Origin: Laetmonice hystrix
Taxonomy: Eukaryota
Reading direction: 5' to 3'
Length of the DNA: 64,000 nt
NCBI GenBank assembly: GCA_965235115.1
Contig: OZ249445.1
Location: 9,548,001-9,612,000 of the forward strand
The position numbers were made by a program, and so were the translations under genes. This document shows positions 60,768-64,000 of the stretch, one piece after another (position 1 is the first letter of the stretch; each line of letters starts with the position of its first letter). A model generated the notes under the pieces. That model was not told the origin of the DNA. It did no database searches and saw only the letters and a program-made list of their open reading frames with translations.

Positions 60768-63700
60768 CTGTGCCAGCAGTAGCGGCGGCAGAGTCTCCAT
60801 CCCACAACAGTAGCACCAATGCCTACTTGGATGATTACACCTTTGTTTCCCTCTCCTCATATCAAACCGACATTAACGTTCCCAACCAGTTATACACAGA
60901 CCATACCTAGATTGCCAGTCAGGAATGTCTCACGACACCCGAGATGATAAGAAGCCTGGTGTAGTGGCGCCATCATCCTTACTGAGGAAGGCCAGTTTGA
61001 GATCCACTCCCTCATTACCTGAAGGGGCGGGCACCTCCTCTATTCCTCACCATCATCACAACATTCATATGCTGTTTTACACCCCTGAAAACATTCTTAA
61101 CCCTATTAATAAGAAATGTTACCCCCATTTACAAAATATCTAATTTGGCACTATATTTCATTATATTTATAATTTTTCCAACATCGGGACATCCACTGGA
61201 AATGGCCGACCACAGGGCCACTGCTACCGGATTTGCAATGCTTCCTATTATTTACAACTGAGGCTTGCTGAGTGTTGGAACACAGTGGTGCGATCTCATG
61301 CCTAGGCTACTGTATTGATTGACCTGCCAACGAGAAATCCTTACTCTGTCCAGCTCTACTGCTCTCAGTGGCCAGCCTAGACCCCCCCCCCCCCCCCCCA
61401 ATCAGTATTATTGACTGGTCAATACATGTTAACTCACCCCCACTAAAGAAAAACCACAAACACATTCACTCTCAGCCGAAAGGCTGCCCTTGTCTCTCTT
61501 AATCCGCCCACGCAAATATCGGTTTTCTCCTTCACCTACACGGAGAATACGTCGGTCCGTATCCTGAGACACGACTCGATCATTCCATTTATCCTTACAT
61601 TTTAAGAAAATTAATCCTCCCATTGAATGACGCACATCTGGAGCCATGACAAAATAATCTATGTGATAGAAATACATACCAACAGATTATCATCATCATA
61701 ATCCAATATCATAATGGCATAATTGAATTTCAACATTTTCACGCACACGCCTTGTTAGCTCAAAGACCCAAACTCCTTGAATATGGGAAATTGTTATTCC
61801 GAGTTCATCACAAAAACAAGGGGCCCATGACAAAGGATCTCTTCTCAGTACAGCACACTCTACATTTATTATCAAATGGAAACTGAAACGTAACCACTGA
61901 CACCGGAAACAACCCGGCAAACACAGTGTAAAGGAGTCGGCCCCTGGCGCCCACTAGTGGCGGACATGGTGGGTAATCCCCCTGGCAGAACCGACACGCT
62001 ATCCCCCCCCCCCCGAATATGTGCCGTCACGCTGACCCATCCCAGAATATGCGCCAATATGTTTCCTTCAATCCTCACTCCACCACTGTCATGCAATAAG
62101 TCATGGCCGACGGAGAGCGATGTCAGCTTACGTTATGTCAAACCTTTGGCCTGACCCTTTCCGGAAGAAAATTATCATACTGGGAAATCGGCCAGTCATC
62201 AGTGCAACTGTTGTCAACGTCTAAGTTGAAGACTTTACCACAATGTCATAAGTCTATGCCTAACTATTTTGTATACCCTGTCATTAAAACTAAGGAAAGT
62301 GCTGACGATGTTGTCGGTTTTGTTTTGTTTTTTGCTGTTTTTTTCTTTTTTTGGGGAGGGGGAGGGGTAAATCTGTGGCAGTGTATGTTAGGATGTAGAG
62401 AGGATGGCTTGTCCTAGTCTGATTGTTGACAGTAAGCAGCCCTACACATACATCCCAAGCACGTTAGCAGTGCACTTGTGTGATCTGTGAGTCACCGGGA
62501 CAGACATGTCTTGGTTCTACGACGATTACTACATTTAGTCTACCGGCATTTCTTATACCATCGCTCAATGGTAATATGAAATTTGAAAATCTGATGTGCA
62601 ACCAGCAAACGCCCCCCCCCCCCAACTGAACTATAGGGGGGATAATTTCCAAATTTCAGATTTATTTTAAAGACGTCATGTCTCCATGTGCCCCATGACT
62701 TCATCCGTACTTGTACAAATTCGACCTCCCTTTAACACAGAAATAATCCCAGCAGGGAAACAGAAAATAGCAGTTATTAATGTCTGTGACCTACAATCTG
62801 TGCCATCAGGATCCAGAGGTCCTTCGAATTAAAATCCTTCGACACGACTGGCCTGCAGTCAATGTTGTTAGACAAGTTGAAGCCATAGTTGCCGTACGTT
62901 TGTTAGCCTCGTTCAAGGCTTTCAGAGATCTGCCTTGTGACTGGCTAGCTTTCTGACTGATAATATTATAGTTGTGTGGCAGGTTCGGCTGCTGCCCTAA
63001 GTCAGTCAATGCTAGAAGAGCTACTTTACGCCAGTGCCGCTGTGTGCAGCTCTGCGTGCTTTACCCCCTGCTAAGTGCTGCTTCATCATATGGGGGGTTC
63101 TGGGACGGGTCTGGTATAAAAGCCTCCATGTCGCTGATGTAGAACCCCCTTACCTATGCTACCCCTAATCTCCCTGTACCTGTTTCACGGGGGACTTGGT
63201 CATCATTACCTTTGGGTGGGGTTGGCATTCTGTCCACGATATGACCTGGGCCCTCCTCCCTCGGTCACCTTGGCCCCCAGCCAATACTTAGGGCTGCCCT
63301 CCTGGAATTTTCACCTTTGGAATATGACCCTGTAAAACTGGGGCGGCGAGGCATCCCCCAGGTGGGGGAGGGGGGTGCTTCCAGGCTGGTCCTGCAGGAG
63401 GTCCGGAGCTACAACTTAGTACAAGTCGGGTTTGATCAGGCTGGATGCCTGGTTAAAATGTGAACACACGCATGTTGGCGCGAGCGGGCCCCGACACACG
63501 TGCGATAAGCACGCTCATGTTAACTCAGCCGGCTTTCACATAATGGTGAGCTTTCCACATTCTGGCTGTACATGTATTCTAAGGAGGAACTTTGATTTGG
63601 TGCTTCAGATAAGAATTAAGGGAATTCATCTGTACACCAAGGATGAGCTGTAACTAGCAAGCCCTTGATATGATAAATAGACTGATGGGTCTTCAGTGTC

Positions 63701-64000
63701 TGACTGCCGTCTTTTTAATACCTCCATAAAAGTGACTACCAGTAATCAAACAGACATTTCTACTGTGAACATCTTTAAAACAAACTTGTTTAACAAATAT
63801 CAAAGAAGCCGTGACTTGATTTCATTCAAAACCAGTATATAATGGATTGCCAATTTTACATGGTGTGTTTACTCTCCCCATTGAGCAGACTTTCTGCTCC
63901 CATCTAATTTGCCACCCCTCAACGCAAAGGTGAGAACCTTCTATGTCTACCGTCTCAGCAGTGACCAATTTGTATTTGTAGCTCATTCTGCCGGGGCGAG

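Noticed and set aside
60589-60860. Poly-Ala, poly-Leu or poly-Cys ORFs across the triplet repeat as an ADAR N-terminal exon
   Set aside because: No phase-1 donor was found before the in-frame stops to join exon 59376, and the ORFs are explained by the repeat.
63690-63830. LINE ORF2 C-terminal remnant (TVNIFKTNL)
   Set aside because: The motif is too short and degenerate to support without a database search.

Overview
Eukaryotic, intron-rich animal genomic DNA, with two N-gaps at 18450-18579 and 18773-18925. The SINE types and CTCF-like motifs suggest a bilaterian invertebrate, probably a mollusc or other lophotrochozoan (inference). All confidently resolved genes are on the minus strand. (1) A 5'-partial ADAR1-type adenosine deaminase, hand-spliced from 15 exons (59376 to 34876, 838 codons, all phases consistent). 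It has FOUR intact dsRNA-binding domains, each built from the same two-exon module, and an intact deaminase domain (HAE, PCGD, SCSDK, plus the ADAR1-specific second zinc-site residues). Its N-terminus, where Z-alpha domains are expected, was not found in the window. (2) An intronless ENPP6-like, probably GPI-anchored phosphodiesterase (23092-24399). (3) Two tandem paralogous 7-exon genes (18161-21554 and 13567-17549) encoding secreted proteins: signal peptide, Cys-rich module, C-type lectin, EGF, C-type lectin. All four lectin domains keep EPN/WND but lack the inner disulfide. The rest is SINEs, a foldback element, minisatellites of 24, 38, 42, 49 and 86 bp, microsatellites and a few weak candidate exons. 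The strongest leads are the modular 4-dsRBD ADAR1 and its possible splicing control: phase-symmetric dsRBD modules, a candidate in-frame 24-nt microexon, and a 49-bp array of decoy acceptors that would each introduce a stop. No CRISPR, rRNA or bona fide tRNA gene was seen.
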